This document shows positions 13,306-23,231 of a DNA stretch of 64,000 nt, in pieces. The notes under the pieces are model-generated. The model worked only from the letters and a program-made list of their open reading frames with translations, searched no databases and was not told where the DNA came from. The translations under genes and the position numbers were made by a program. The stretch's first letter is position 1; each line of letters starts with the position of its first letter. Source of the DNA: an uncultured Actinomycetes bacterium (lineage in GTDB: Bacteria; Actinomycetota; UBA4738; JBBDTT01); contig CAVUMN010000003.1 in NCBI GenBank assembly GCA_963742735.1, forward strand, positions 448,001-512,000, given 5' to 3'.

Positions 13306-14259
13306 GTGGACGTCCCGGCCCTGATCCAGGAGGTGCGCTCCGGCGACCGCCGGGCCATCGCCCGCGCGATCTCGATGGTCGAGGACGACTCCGACGGCCT
13401 GCCCGAGCTCTCGCGCGGCCTGTTCGCCCATACCGGCCGCGCGCACACGGTCGGCCTCACCGGGTCGCCCGGTGTGGGCAAGTCGAGCCTGACCGAGCAG
13501 CTCGTCCGCGCCGCGCGGGGACGAGATCGGGGGGTGGCGGTGCTCGCCATCGACCCGACGTCGCCGTTCACCGGCGGGGCGCTCCTCGGCGACCGCCTGC
13601 GGATGCAGTCGCACGCCACCGACCCCGAGGTGTTCATCCGCTCGATGGCCACCCGTGGTCACCTGGGCGGGATGGCGCTGGCCGCCCCGGAGGCGATCAG
13701 GATCCTCGACGCCGCCGGCAAGGACGTGGTGTTCGTGGAGACGGTTGGGGTGGGCCAGGCCGAAGTCCAGGTCGCCAGCGCCACCGACACGACCCTGGTG
13801 GTGGTCGCGCCGGGGTGGGGCGACGCGGTGCAGGTCAGCAAGGCGGGGATCCTCGAGATCGCCGACGTGTTCGTCGTGAACAAGGCCGATCGCGACGGGG
13901 CCGCGGAGGCCGCACGGGACCTGGAGCAGATGATCGGGATGGGACCCGAGCTCGACTGGACCCCGCCGATCGTTCGGACCTCCGCCGCGAACGGCGAAGG
14001 CATCGACGAGCTGTGGGAGGCGATCGAGGGCCATCGCAAGCACCTCGAGGCCGGCGGCCAGCTGGAGCGCAGGCGCCGGGAACGCTTGGCGGAGGAGCTC
14101 GAGGACATGGTTTCCCTCCGCCTCCGTCGGGAGGTCGCCGGCCTGCTCGAGGGCGAGCTCGGGGGGGTGGCCGACGACGTCGCCGAGCGCCGGATGGATC
14201 CGTACGAGGCGGCCGGTATCCTGTTGGAGCGCGTACGAGGCAGGGAGGCCGGCGCATGA
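13306..14259 (+). CDS. meaB: Acyl-CoA mutase-associated GTPase MeaB
   Basis: [37 protein letters not shown]. Confidence 0.96.
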   Translation: MDVPALIQEVRSGDRRAIARAISMVEDDSDGLPELSRGLFAHTGRAHTVGLTGSPGVGKSSLTEQLVRAARGRDRGVAVLAIDPTSPFTGGALLGDRLRMQSHATDPEVFIRSMATRGHLGGMALAAPEAIRILDAAGKDVVFVETVGVGQAEVQVASATDTTLVVVAPGWGDAVQVSKAGILEIADVFVVNKADRDGAAEAARDLEQMIGMGPELDWTPPIVRTSAANGEGIDELWEAIEGHRKHLEAGGQLERRRRERLAEELEDMVSLRLRREVAGLLEGELGGVADDVAERRMDPYEAAGILLERVRGREAGA

Positions 14260-15923
14260 CCGAGGGATTCCGTGAGGGCCACGACCGGTGGCGCGAGCAC
14301 TTCCTGAAGACCTCCGAGCGCGACGCCGACTTCGAGACGCTCTCCGGCGAGCCGCTGCAGGCGCTGTACACGCCCGACGACGTCAAGGACCTCGACTACA
14401 CGCGCGATCTGGGCTTCCCCGGCCACTACCCGATGACCCGGGGGCCCTACCACTCGATGTACCGCGGACGGCTGTGGACGATGCGCCAGTTCGCCGGGTT
14501 CGGCAGCGCCCGCGAGACGAACGAGCGCTACAAGTACCTGCTGTCCCAGGGCCAGGGCGGACTGTCGGTGGCCTTCGACATGCCGACGCTGATGGGTCGC
14601 GACTCGGACGACCCGCGGAGCGAGGGCGAGGTCGGCCGCTGCGGAGTGGCCACCGACTCGCTCGCCGACTTCGAGACGCTCTTCGAGGGGATCCCCCTCG
14701 GCGACATCTCGACGTCGATGACGATCTCGGGGCCGGCCACGATCCTGTTCGCGTTCTTCCTGGCCGCGGCGGATCGGCAGGGCGTGCCCTGGAGCGCCCT
14801 GGACGGGACGCTGCAGACGGACATCCTCAAGGAGTACATCGCGCAGAAGGAGTGGATCTTCCCGCCGCGTCCTCACCTGCGGCTGATCGCCGACCTGATC
14901 GAGTTCTGCGCGCAGGAGGTGCCCCAGTTCCACCCGATCAGCGTGAGCGGCTACCACATCCGCGAGGCCGGCTCGACCGCCGCCCAGGAGCTGGCGTTCA
15001 CCCTGGCCGACGGGTTCGCCTACGTGGAGCTGGGGCGGGACCGAGGACTGGACATCGACCACTTCTCGCAGGGGCTCTCGTTCTTCTTCAACGCCCACAT
15101 CGACTTCTTCGAGGAGATCGCGAAGTACCGGGCGGCCCGAAGAATCTGGGCGCGGTGGATGAAGGAGCGCTACGGGGCGGTCGACGAGCGATCATGGCGG
15201 CTGCGGTTCCACACGCAGACGGCGGGCTGCTCGCTGACTGCGCAGCAGCCCGAGAACAACATCGTCCGGACGGCGATCGAGGCGCTGGCCGGCGTCCTCG
15301 GGGGCACCCAGTCGCTGCACACCAACGCGCTGGACGAGGTGCTGGCGCTGCCGACGGAGAAGACCGCCGAGATCGCCCTGCGCACCCAGCAGATCATCGC
15401 GTACGAGACGGGCGTCACGAACGTCATCGACCCCCTCGGCGGCTCGTACTTCGTCGAGGCTCTCACCGGCAAGCTCGAGGACCGGGCCGAGGAGTACTTC
15501 TCGAAGATCGAAGCGTTCGGCAAGGGCTCGATCCTCGAGGGCGTCCTGGTGGGGATCGAGCGAGGCTGGTTCCAGTCCGAGATCGCCGACGCCGCGTTCC
15601 GGGAGCAGATGCTCTACGAGAAGGGACGGCTGGTGAAGGTGGGGGTGAACGAGTTCGTCACCGACCACGACGAGGAGCTCGACGTCCTGAAGATCTCGGC
15701 GGAGACCGAGCCGTATCAGATCGCGTCGGTGCGCGACATGCGGGCCGGCCGCGACGGGGCGAAGGCGGAGGCGGCCATGGCCAACCTGAAGCGCGCCGCC
15801 ACCACCGACGAGAACCTCATCCCGCTGCTCGTGGACTGCGCCCGCGCCTACTGCACCGAGGGAGAGATCGTCGATGCCCTCCGCGAGGTTTTCGGCGAGT
15901 ACACCGAGACCCCTCGCTTCTAG
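14256..15923 (+). CDS. icmA: B12-dependent acyl-CoA mutase large (substrate-binding) subunit, IcmA-type
   Basis: [39 protein letters not shown]; no C-terminal DxHxxG B12-binding domain. Confidence 0.85.
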   Translation: MTEGFREGHDRWREHFLKTSERDADFETLSGEPLQALYTPDDVKDLDYTRDLGFPGHYPMTRGPYHSMYRGRLWTMRQFAGFGSARETNERYKYLLSQGQGGLSVAFDMPTLMGRDSDDPRSEGEVGRCGVATDSLADFETLFEGIPLGDISTSMTISGPATILFAFFLAAADRQGVPWSALDGTLQTDILKEYIAQKEWIFPPRPHLRLIADLIEFCAQEVPQFHPISVSGYHIREAGSTAAQELAFTLADGFAYVELGRDRGLDIDHFSQGLSFFFNAHIDFFEEIAKYRAARRIWARWMKERYGAVDERSWRLRFHTQTAGCSLTAQQPENNIVRTAIEALAGVLGGTQSLHTNALDEVLALPTEKTAEIALRTQQIIAYETGVTNVIDPLGGSYFVEALTGKLEDRAEEYFSKIEAFGKGSILEGVLVGIERGWFQSEIADAAFREQMLYEKGRLVKVGVNEFVTDHDEELDVLKISAETEPYQIASVRDMRAGRDGAKAEAAMANLKRAATTDENLIPLLVDCARAYCTEGEIVDALREVFGEYTETPRF

Positions 15924-15934
15924 GCGGCGCCACC

Positions 15935-16441
15935 TTGCCGGCGGTCGTCAGATCCCTCGAGGCGCACGAGTGGACGGCGCTGCGGGACGTGCGGCTTCGG
16001 GCGCTGGCCGACCCGGACGCCGAGATCGCGTTCGGCGAGCCGCTCGAAACCGCGCGGGCGCGACCCGAACAGGACTGGCGAGACCTGGCCGCTCGGGGGG
16101 CGGCGGGGGAGACCGACCGGGTCATCGTGGCGATCGACGACCGCGGGAGCCTCGCCGGGATGACCGCCGCGTTCCTGGAACGGGAGGGAACGAGCGCCCT
16201 CGTGTGGGGGATGTGGGTCGACTCGGAGCATCGGCGCCTCGGCCTGGGTCAGCGACTCCTGGGCTCCCTTGCCGAGTGGGCCGCGACCGTCGGGGCGGAG
16301 CGGCTTCGGCTGCACGTGACCGAGCCGAACCGCGCGGCTCGACGGCTCTACGAATCGGCCGGCTTCACGCCGACCGGCGAGCGGGAGCGTCACCGTCCCA
16401 ACGTGGACTACTGGGCGATCGAGCTCGAGCGCCCGGTCTGA
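15935..16441 (+). CDS. GNAT family N-acetyltransferase
   Basis: MWVDSEHRRLGLG acetyl-CoA motif, N..ARRLYESAGF; TTG start uncertain. Confidence 0.88.
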   Translation: MPAVVRSLEAHEWTALRDVRLRALADPDAEIAFGEPLETARARPEQDWRDLAARGAAGETDRVIVAIDDRGSLAGMTAAFLEREGTSALVWGMWVDSEHRRLGLGQRLLGSLAEWAATVGAERLRLHVTEPNRAARRLYESAGFTPTGERERHRPNVDYWAIELERPV

Positions 16442-16444
16442 GGC

Positions 16445-16924
16445 TCAGCCGTCTCCGCCCGGCCGCTGCGCCGAGTCGACGAACGTGGACCAGGCCAGAC
16501 CGGTGCCCAGCGCGATCAGCAGGCTGATCAGGATCCCCTCCACCAACAGCGGCGACAGGGTCGTGACGTCGGAGGCATAGTCGGGGGCGGCCCCCACGAC
16601 GGCGATCAGCACGTACAGGACGATGGCCCCGACCCGCAGGACCTGGACGGACGCGGCCGCGCGGAGGCCGGAGATGGATTCGGCGACGCCGGCGCCGCTG
16701 GCCAGCACGAACGAGGCTCGCCACAGGCCGGAGGTCTCGGGCGACACGAGAGCGAGCAGGCTCATCAGGCCGGGGAGCAAGAAGCAGAGGGAGACGCCGG
16801 CCACGGTGCGACGCCACCGCGGATCCGAGAACAGCTCGCTCCCGCGGATCTGCACCGCGACCCACCACAGCCCCAGCAGCGTGAAGCACACCGCCGACGC
16901 GGGTCCGTAGAAGTCCTTGGCCAT
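16445..16924 (-). CDS. Hypothetical membrane protein
   Basis: About 5 hydrophobic segments; GGGCGAGGA upstream of ATG. Confidence 0.7.
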   Translation of the reverse strand: MAKDFYGPASAVCFTLLGLWWVAVQIRGSELFSDPRWRRTVAGVSLCFLLPGLMSLLALVSPETSGLWRASFVLASGAGVAESISGLRAAASVQVLRVGAIVLYVLIAVVGAAPDYASDVTTLSPLLVEGILISLLIALGTGLAWSTFVDSAQRPGGDG

Positions 16925-16980
16925 CGTCCGCCCATCCTCGCCCGATCCGAACGAGGTGTATTGCCTGGCGGGGGAGGCCG

Positions 16981-19074
16981 TCAAACCGGGCGAGGCGATG
17001 CCGCGGGGCGCAGCCGGCGGTCCCGGCGGAGGAGCTGGGCGTTGAACGCGACGATGACCGTGCTCGCGGACATCAGGAGGGCGCCGACGGCCGGGGCCAG
17101 CACGATGCCGAACGGCGCGAGCACTCCGGCCGCCAGCGGGATGGCCACCGCGTTGTAGCCGGCGCCCCACACCAGGTTCTGGACCATCTTGCGGTACGTC
17201 GCTCGCGACAGCTCCAGGACCCGAACGACGTCGCGCGGGTCGCTGCGGATCAGGATGACATCGGCGGTCTCGATCGCCACGTCCGTCCCCGCCCCGATCG
17301 CGATGCCCACGTCGGCCCCAGCCAGCGCCGGGGCGTCGTTCACCCCGTCGCCCACCATCGCCACCCGCCGGCCCTCGCTCTGGAGCTCCGCGATACGTGC
17401 CGCCTTCCGATCCGGAAGGACCTGCGCGAACACCTCGTCCAGATCGAGCTCGGCGCCCACCCACCGGGCGACGTCCTCGCCGTCTCCGGTGATCATCGCC
17501 ACCCGCACGCCCAGGTCCTTGAGCGCTCGGACCGCCTCGCCCGACTCCGGGCGGATCACGTCCGACACCGCGAACGCCGCCGTGACCTTTCCGTCCTCGA
17601 GGAGGTAGACGACGCTCTTTCCCTCCGACGACCACCGCGAGGCCGGCTCGCGAAGCTCGTCGGGGACCTCGGCCCCGAGCGACGTGAGGAGGCTCGGCCC
17701 CCCCACGTGGATCTCGCTCCCGCCGACGCGGGCGCGGACGCCCCTCCCGGCGATCGCCTCGAACGCCTCGGCCCGGGGGGCCTCGACGCGGCGCTCGGCG
17801 GCTCCTCGCAGGATGGCGCGCGCGAGCGCGTGTTCGGAGCTCGCCTCGGCCGCGGCGGCGACCGCCAGGGCCTCGTGCTCCTCGCGGCCCCCGGCGACGG
17901 CGAGTCCGACGAGCCCCATCTCGCCGAGGGTGAGCGTCCCCGTCTTGTCGAACACGACGGTGTCGATCGACCGGGCGGACTCCAGGGCCATCCGGTTCCG
18001 GACCAGGACGCCGCTGCGGGCGGCGAGGCCCGTGGAGATCGAGATGACCAGCGGCACGGCCAGGCCCAGGGCATGGGGGCAGGCGATGACCACGACGGTG
18101 ACCGCCCGCTCCACCACGAACGACACGGTCTCGGTTCCGAGCGCCAGCCACACGGCCAGCGTGATGAGCCCCGCGCCGATCGCGATGTACGCCAGCCACC
18201 CGGCGACGCGGTCGGCCAGGGCCTGCGCGGCGGACTTCGAGGACTGGGCCTCCTCGACCAGGCGCATGATCCCCGCGAGCGCGGTGGCCTCGCCCACGCG
18301 GGTCACGAGGACCCGCAGGGCGCCCTCCTCGTTCACGGTGCCCGCGACCACCTGGCCGCCGGGTCCCACCTTGACCGGCTTCGACTCTCCGGTGAGCATC
18401 GCCTGGTTGAGGTGCGACTCGCCCTCCACGACCTCGCCGTCGGCGGGGATCCGGGCGCCGGGCCGGATCAAGACCAGGTCGTCCTCGGCCAGCTCGGAGA
18501 CGGCCACGTGCTCCGTGCCGCCCTCCCCGATGCGCTCCGCGGTGTCGGGCAGGAGCTTCGCGAGCTCCTGGAGCGCGCTTGACGCGCGGGTGATCGCCCG
18601 CATCTCGATCCAGTGACCCAGCAGCATCACGTCGACCAGCGTGGCGAGCTCCCAGTAGAAGCCCTCGCCCTCCACCCAGAACGTCGTGGCGGTGCTGTAC
18701 GCCCACGCGGCCGTGATGCCCACCGCGACGAGCGTCATCATCCCGGGCTGCCGCGCCCGGATCTCGCCGGCCGCCGACCGGAGGAACACCGTTCCGCCGT
18801 AGACGAAGATCGCGGTGGCGATCGCGAACGGGGCCAGCTTGGGCGCCGGGAGGTCCGGCGGTTCCAGGCCGAGCCACTCCCACAGCATCCGGGCGTAGAG
18901 CAGGACGGGGACGGTCAGCGCGAGCGAGACCCAGAACCGGTTGCGAAACAGGTCGACGGAGTGTCCAGCGTGCCGGTCGTGGTCGCCGTGCCCGCCGTGG
19001 TCGGCGTGATCCGTGGCCCCGTGCCCGCCGTGGTCGGCGTGGTCCGGCTCGTGTCCGGGATGGCAGGGGGGCAT
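16981..19074 (-). CDS. copB: Copper-translocating P1B-type ATPase (CopB-like) with His-rich N-terminus
   Basis: TGES, CPH, DKTGT, GDGVND, YN and MSAST motifs; duplicated DHADHGGHG. Confidence 0.9.
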   Translation of the reverse strand: MPPCHPGHEPDHADHGGHGATDHADHGGHGDHDRHAGHSVDLFRNRFWVSLALTVPVLLYARMLWEWLGLEPPDLPAPKLAPFAIATAIFVYGGTVFLRSAAGEIRARQPGMMTLVAVGITAAWAYSTATTFWVEGEGFYWELATLVDVMLLGHWIEMRAITRASSALQELAKLLPDTAERIGEGGTEHVAVSELAEDDLVLIRPGARIPADGEVVEGESHLNQAMLTGESKPVKVGPGGQVVAGTVNEEGALRVLVTRVGEATALAGIMRLVEEAQSSKSAAQALADRVAGWLAYIAIGAGLITLAVWLALGTETVSFVVERAVTVVVIACPHALGLAVPLVISISTGLAARSGVLVRNRMALESARSIDTVVFDKTGTLTLGEMGLVGLAVAGGREEHEALAVAAAAEASSEHALARAILRGAAERRVEAPRAEAFEAIAGRGVRARVGGSEIHVGGPSLLTSLGAEVPDELREPASRWSSEGKSVVYLLEDGKVTAAFAVSDVIRPESGEAVRALKDLGVRVAMITGDGEDVARWVGAELDLDEVFAQVLPDRKAARIAELQSEGRRVAMVGDGVNDAPALAGADVGIAIGAGTDVAIETADVILIRSDPRDVVRVLELSRATYRKMVQNLVWGAGYNAVAIPLAAGVLAPFGIVLAPAVGALLMSASTVIVAFNAQLLRRDRRLRPAASPRPV

Positions 19075-19084
19075 AGGACCGTCC

Positions 19085-19369
19085 TCAGGTCGCCCGCATG
19101 AAGCGGTCGACCGCCACCACGAGCTCCTCGACCTTGTCGTCCCCGCCCCCGTCGGCAAGCGACTCGCGGACGCAGTGGCGGATGTGGTCGTTCAGCAGCA
19201 GGAGCCCCACCCGCTCCAGGGCGTTGGTGACGGACGAGATCTGCCCCAGGACGTCCACGCAGTACCGGTCGTCCTCGACCATGTGCTGCAGCCCGCGGAC
19301 CTGTCCCTCGATCCGGCGGAGCCGGGTCAGGACGTCGCCCCGGCGGTCCGCGTATCCCGGCGCGTTCAT
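19085..19369 (-). CDS. csoR: CsoR family metal-sensing repressor
   Basis: RLRRIEGQVRG, YCVD, HIRHC motifs; upstream of the P-type ATPase. Confidence 0.93.
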   Translation of the reverse strand: MNAPGYADRRGDVLTRLRRIEGQVRGLQHMVEDDRYCVDVLGQISSVTNALERVGLLLLNDHIRHCVRESLADGGGDDKVEELVVAVDRFMRAT

Positions 19370-19381
19370 GACGGGAAGCGT

Positions 19382-19398
19382 ATACCCCCCGGGGGTAT
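19382..19398. promoter_or_regulatory. CsoR operator
   Basis: Perfect 8-1-8 inverted repeat ATACCCCC-C-GGGGGTAT immediately upstream of csoR; matches the G/C-tract CsoR operator type. Confidence 0.85.
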
Positions 19399-19412
19399 CG
19401 CGCCAACCGTCC

Positions 19413-20147
19413 TCACTCGACGGTGAGCGCGAACCGGGGCACCGACTCCAGCGCCCCGAGCGGCCAGGTCGCTGCGCGGCGGCGCGCGTCCTCGACCTCC
19501 CGCAGCCGGACGACCCGGTAGCGGCGCCACCCCGCGCGCGCGGCCGCCTCAACCAGCGGCTCGACCGCGAGGCCCCCGGCCAGCGGCAGGCTGGCCCGCA
19601 GGTCCGGGGCGTACTCGTCGTGGTGGTCCTTGGGGACCCCTCGGGCCCGCCGGGCCGTCTCGATGGCCGTCCGGCGGAGCCGGTGCAGCCGGCCGCGCCC
19701 GCCCCAGAGGCCCTCGAACAGCACGGCGCGGGGGGCGATCCGCCGCCAGGCCTCCAGCGTCCCCACGGGGTCGGGGACGGTCCAGATCAGGTGCCGTTCC
19801 ATGACGGCGTCGAAGGGGCCTGCCGGAGGGTCGTCTGCCGGCCCGATCATCGCCTCGATCACCAGGTCGCGTTCCCGGGCCTTCGCCTCCAGGCGCGTCA
19901 GCATCCCGGGCGACAGGTCGAGGGCCGTCACTCGGTAGCCAAGCTCGGCGGCGAGCAGGGACATGGCGCCTGTCCCGGCCCCGACGTCCAGGAGCCGGGC
20001 CGGGGGAGGGGGAAGGAGCTCGAGCATCGCCGCCCCCCAGGCCGCGGCTTCGGCCGGATCGGCGACCGCGTGGCCGGGAGAGTGGTCGTAGGTCTCCGCG
20101 TCCGCGTCCCAGAACGCTCGCAGGCGGTCGTGCACGTCCTCGGTCAT
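19413..20147 (-). CDS. Class I SAM-dependent methyltransferase
   Basis: LLDVGAGTG motif I. Confidence 0.88.
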   Translation of the reverse strand: MTEDVHDRLRAFWDADAETYDHSPGHAVADPAEAAAWGAAMLELLPPPPARLLDVGAGTGAMSLLAAELGYRVTALDLSPGMLTRLEAKARERDLVIEAMIGPADDPPAGPFDAVMERHLIWTVPDPVGTLEAWRRIAPRAVLFEGLWGGRGRLHRLRRTAIETARRARGVPKDHHDEYAPDLRASLPLAGGLAVEPLVEAAARAGWRRYRVVRLREVEDARRRAATWPLGALESVPRFALTVE

Positions 20148-20998
20148 CCGCCGAAGAACGCCGGCAGCACGTCCGCGCGGTTGAACAGGAACAGGATGCC
20201 GAGCACCAGACTGAACACGCCCGTGACGACCGCCACCGTCGCGTAGATCGGCCAGTTCTTCGAAGCGTGCAGGAATCCCATCGCCGATCCAAAGGTGATC
20301 ACCGAGTTCGCCACGACCAGTCCCACGATGAACGCCACCAGCACCCAGAGCCCGACCCCCGGGCCGCCCGCCCCGGCGGCGGCCAGGAAGATCAGGACCT
20401 GGGTGGGGGTCTCGGCGCCGACACCGTGGAGCATGCCGACCCCGAACGCCGTGCCCTTCCCGTAGTTCCCGACGTCGTCGTGACCCTCCTTCGGCGCGTG
20501 GTGATGGTGGCCCGGCTGGCCGTGGTGCCCGTGGTGCAGCGCCGAAGGGTCGCCGTCCTCACCGTCCGTGGCGGGCTGGCGACCGCCGCCGACGGCCACC
20601 TTGCTCCGCGTCCACCTGGCCGCGCGACGGACGCCGGCGAACAGCAGCATCCACCGGCTCTTCAGGCGGAAGTCGCGACCGTGCCGGGCAAGGGAGACGA
20701 ACACGTACACGCCCAGGAGGATCAGCGTCACCCCGACGACCCGGCCCATGGCCTCGTCGATGCTTGCCGGCAGGCGGTCGCCGGCGATGATCGCGATCAC
20801 GCCCAGTGCCAGGACGACCAGCGCGTGCCCGAGCACGTACAGGGTCCCGTAGAGCATCGACTCGCGCCGGGTCTCCTGCGAGCTGGTGATGTCCATGATC
20901 GCCGCGAGGTGGTCCCAGTCGATCCCGTGGCGAAACCCAAACAGGAACGCGGAAACGAGCAGCCCGAAGCTGAAGCCTCCGTCCACCATCACGCTCAT
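20144..20998 (-). CDS. HoxN/HupN/NixA-like nickel/cobalt transporter
   Basis: GFRHGIDWDHLAAI, GH, His-rich loop, GMLHGVGAET. Confidence 0.88.
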   Translation of the reverse strand: MSVMVDGGFSFGLLVSAFLFGFRHGIDWDHLAAIMDITSSQETRRESMLYGTLYVLGHALVVLALGVIAIIAGDRLPASIDEAMGRVVGVTLILLGVYVFVSLARHGRDFRLKSRWMLLFAGVRRAARWTRSKVAVGGGRQPATDGEDGDPSALHHGHHGQPGHHHHAPKEGHDDVGNYGKGTAFGVGMLHGVGAETPTQVLIFLAAAGAGGPGVGLWVLVAFIVGLVVANSVITFGSAMGFLHASKNWPIYATVAVVTGVFSLVLGILFLFNRADVLPAFFGG

Positions 20999-21021
20999 TG
21001 AACGACACCGGTCGGGAGCGG

Positions 21022-21041
21022 TGCAACCCGTTGCATCTGCA
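21022..21041. promoter_or_regulatory. Putative Nur/Fur-family operator upstream of the Ni/Co transporter
   Basis: Palindrome TGCAAC-CC-GTTGCA; CCGTTGCAYCTGCA recurs at 22024-22037. Confidence 0.6.
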
Positions 21042-21112
21042 TCTCCTGGCGCGGGGTTGTGCCGGAGCCCGCCGGCGGGGAGACTGCCCGCACCCGGGCT
21101 GGAGGGAGAGCG

Positions 21113-21559
21113 ATGACGAAGGACGAGATGATCGCGGTGTTCGACCGGCACGAGGCCGCCGAGAACGCGCGCGACGCCGAGGCCGCCGCCGCCACCTTCG
21201 TGGAGGACGGGTACCTGGTGATGATCCCGCTGAACGCGCGCTTCGAGGGCCGACAGGGGATCCTGCTCAACTATCTCGGGGTCTTCGGGGCCTTCTCCGA
21301 CTTCGCGTCGGAGCGAACGCTGCTGGTCGCCGGCGAGGACTTCCTCTACGAGGAGGGCCGGATCACGGGGACGTTCGACGGTCCGTTCCTGCACGTGGAG
21401 CCCACCGGCAAGGCGGCGGACTTCCCATTCACGTCCTACATCCCGTTTCGAGACGGGCTGATGCTCGCGGAGCATGTGCTGTTCGACTCGGCGCTGCTCG
21501 CGGAGCAGCTCGGGCTCACGCTGGAGGACGTCGCCTCGCTCCGGGCGGCGCTCGGCTAG
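21113..21559 (+). CDS. SnoaL-like/ester cyclase (NTF2-fold) protein
   Basis: GGAGGGAG RBS; GTFDGPFLHVEPTGK motif. Confidence 0.85.
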   Translation: MTKDEMIAVFDRHEAAENARDAEAAAATFVEDGYLVMIPLNARFEGRQGILLNYLGVFGAFSDFASERTLLVAGEDFLYEEGRITGTFDGPFLHVEPTGKAADFPFTSYIPFRDGLMLAEHVLFDSALLAEQLGLTLEDVASLRAALG

Positions 21560-22002
21560 CCGCTTCGGGCGCCGTTCCCGGCGGCGCGGCAGTCCGCGCA
21601 CAGGCCGGAGATGGCGAAGTGCGTCAGGTCCGGGTCGAACCCGTTGTGGCGCTGGATGAGGCGCTTGAACCGGCCGGCTTCCGCCACGGAGAGCTCGTCA
21701 TCGGCGCCGCAGCTCGAGCACATCAGGTGGATGTGCTGCGCCTCGCCGGCACGGTGGTACTCGGCGCCGGTCTCCAGGTGGGCGTGGGAGACCATGCCCA
21801 GCTCCTCGAGCAGGTCGAGGGTCCGGTAGACCGTGGACGCGTTCACGCCGGGCATCCGTTGCTTGACCCGGCGGGCGATCGACTGCGGAGAGATGTGGCC
21901 CTCGGCTCGCATGATCTCGCCGACGATGGCCTGTCGCTGTGGCGTCATGCGCAGCCCGCGGGTTCGGAGCGCGTCGAGGGCCTGCTCGGCGGTGAGGGCC
22001 AC
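21556..22002 (-). CDS. nur: Fur-family regulator, Nur-like (nickel uptake regulator)
   Basis: RMTPQR, STVYRTLDLLEELG, VSHAH, HIHLMCSSC, HFAISGLCADC closely resemble Streptomyces Nur; next to a Ni/Co transporter. Confidence 0.8.
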   Translation of the reverse strand: MALTAEQALDALRTRGLRMTPQRQAIVGEIMRAEGHISPQSIARRVKQRMPGVNASTVYRTLDLLEELGMVSHAHLETGAEYHRAGEAQHIHLMCSSCGADDELSVAEAGRFKRLIQRHNGFDPDLTHFAISGLCADCRAAGNGARSG

Positions 22003-22023
22003 GGCCGGCAGTCTACCGGGCGG

Positions 22024-22047
22024 CCGTTGCACCTGCAAAAGGCTGCG
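22024..22047. promoter_or_regulatory. Putative autoregulatory Nur operator
   Basis: CCGTTGCACCTGCA matches 21028-21041 at 13/14 positions; about 22 bp upstream of the nur start. Confidence 0.5.
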
Positions 22048-22088
22048 ACAGCGTCGAGGGCGTGCTCGGTGCGAGAATCCGCGCCGTC

Positions 22089-23231
22089 GTGCAGGTGTTC
22101 TCGTTCCATCTGATGCCCTACCCGGGTCTTCCCGAGCGGGTCGACACGCGCCGCGACTCGGCCTGGATCTGGCTCTCGAACAAGCACTACGACCCGGAGC
22201 TCGGCCACGAGCTGTACAACCGCTATCTGGACGAGCTCGAGCTCGCCGAGCCCCTGGGCTTCGACGGCGTCTGCGTGAACGAGCACCACCAGAACGCGTA
22301 CGGCTTGATGCCCTCGCCGAACCTGTTCGCCGCCGCGCTGGCGAGGCGGACCGAGCGGATCAAGATCGCGGTGATCGGCAACGCCCTCCCGCTGTACGAC
22401 CCCCCGACTCGCGTGGCGGAGGAGATGGCGATGCTCGACGTCCTCTCCGGCGGCCGGTTGATCTCCGGGATGGTGGTGGGCGGCGGGCCGGAGTACTACT
22501 CGTTCTCGATCAACCCCACCGAGGCGCGTGGCCGGTTCCGCGAGGCACTCGACCTGATCATCCGGGCGTGGACCGAGGACGGCCCGTTCGAACACGTCGG
22601 GGAGCACTTCCGGCTGCGGTACGTGAACCCGTGGCCGAAGCCCATCCAGAAGCCGCACCCGCCGATCTGGATCCCGGGGATCGGCTCGATCGAGACGATC
22701 GAGCTCGTCGCCGAACGCCGCTACGCGTACATGGGGATCCCGTACTTCCACATCTCCGCCTTCGAGCGGAACTTCGAGCTGTTCCGGCGCACGGCCGAGG
22801 AGCGGTTCGGGTACACGCCCGAGCCCGCGCAGACCGGCTGGCTGGTGCCGGTCTACGTCGGGGAGACCGACGCGAAGGCCCGGGCGGAGTACGAGGAGCA
22901 CCTGTGGTACTTCGCCCGGCGCCTGCTCAAGGGCATCACGATCGTGCCTCCCGGCTACACCAGCGCCAAGTCGTTCTCCAGGATCCTCCAGGCCCGCCGG
23001 AGCTTCCTGACGGAGGTCCCCGACTGGGAGGGGGTCGAGGAGGGCGCGTACGCGATCGTCGGCAGCGCGCAGACGGTCCGGGAGCGCCTGGCCGAGCACA
23101 TCGAGCGGCTGGGGGTGGGCAACCTCCTGGCCCTGCTTCAGCTCGGGTCGCTCCCGGCCGACCTCACCCGCGCGAACATGGAGCGCTTCGCCGCCGACGT
23201 CATGCCCTACCTGCGCAAGGAATTCGCGTGA
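22089..23231 (+). CDS. LLM class (luciferase-like) flavin-dependent oxidoreductase
   Basis: GFDGVCVNEHH, PSPNL, RVAEEMAMLDVLSGGR, PKPIQKPHPPIW. Confidence 0.93.
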   Translation: MQVFSFHLMPYPGLPERVDTRRDSAWIWLSNKHYDPELGHELYNRYLDELELAEPLGFDGVCVNEHHQNAYGLMPSPNLFAAALARRTERIKIAVIGNALPLYDPPTRVAEEMAMLDVLSGGRLISGMVVGGGPEYYSFSINPTEARGRFREALDLIIRAWTEDGPFEHVGEHFRLRYVNPWPKPIQKPHPPIWIPGIGSIETIELVAERRYAYMGIPYFHISAFERNFELFRRTAEERFGYTPEPAQTGWLVPVYVGETDAKARAEYEEHLWYFARRLLKGITIVPPGYTSAKSFSRILQARRSFLTEVPDWEGVEEGAYAIVGSAQTVRERLAEHIERLGVGNLLALLQLGSLPADLTRANMERFAADVMPYLRKEFA

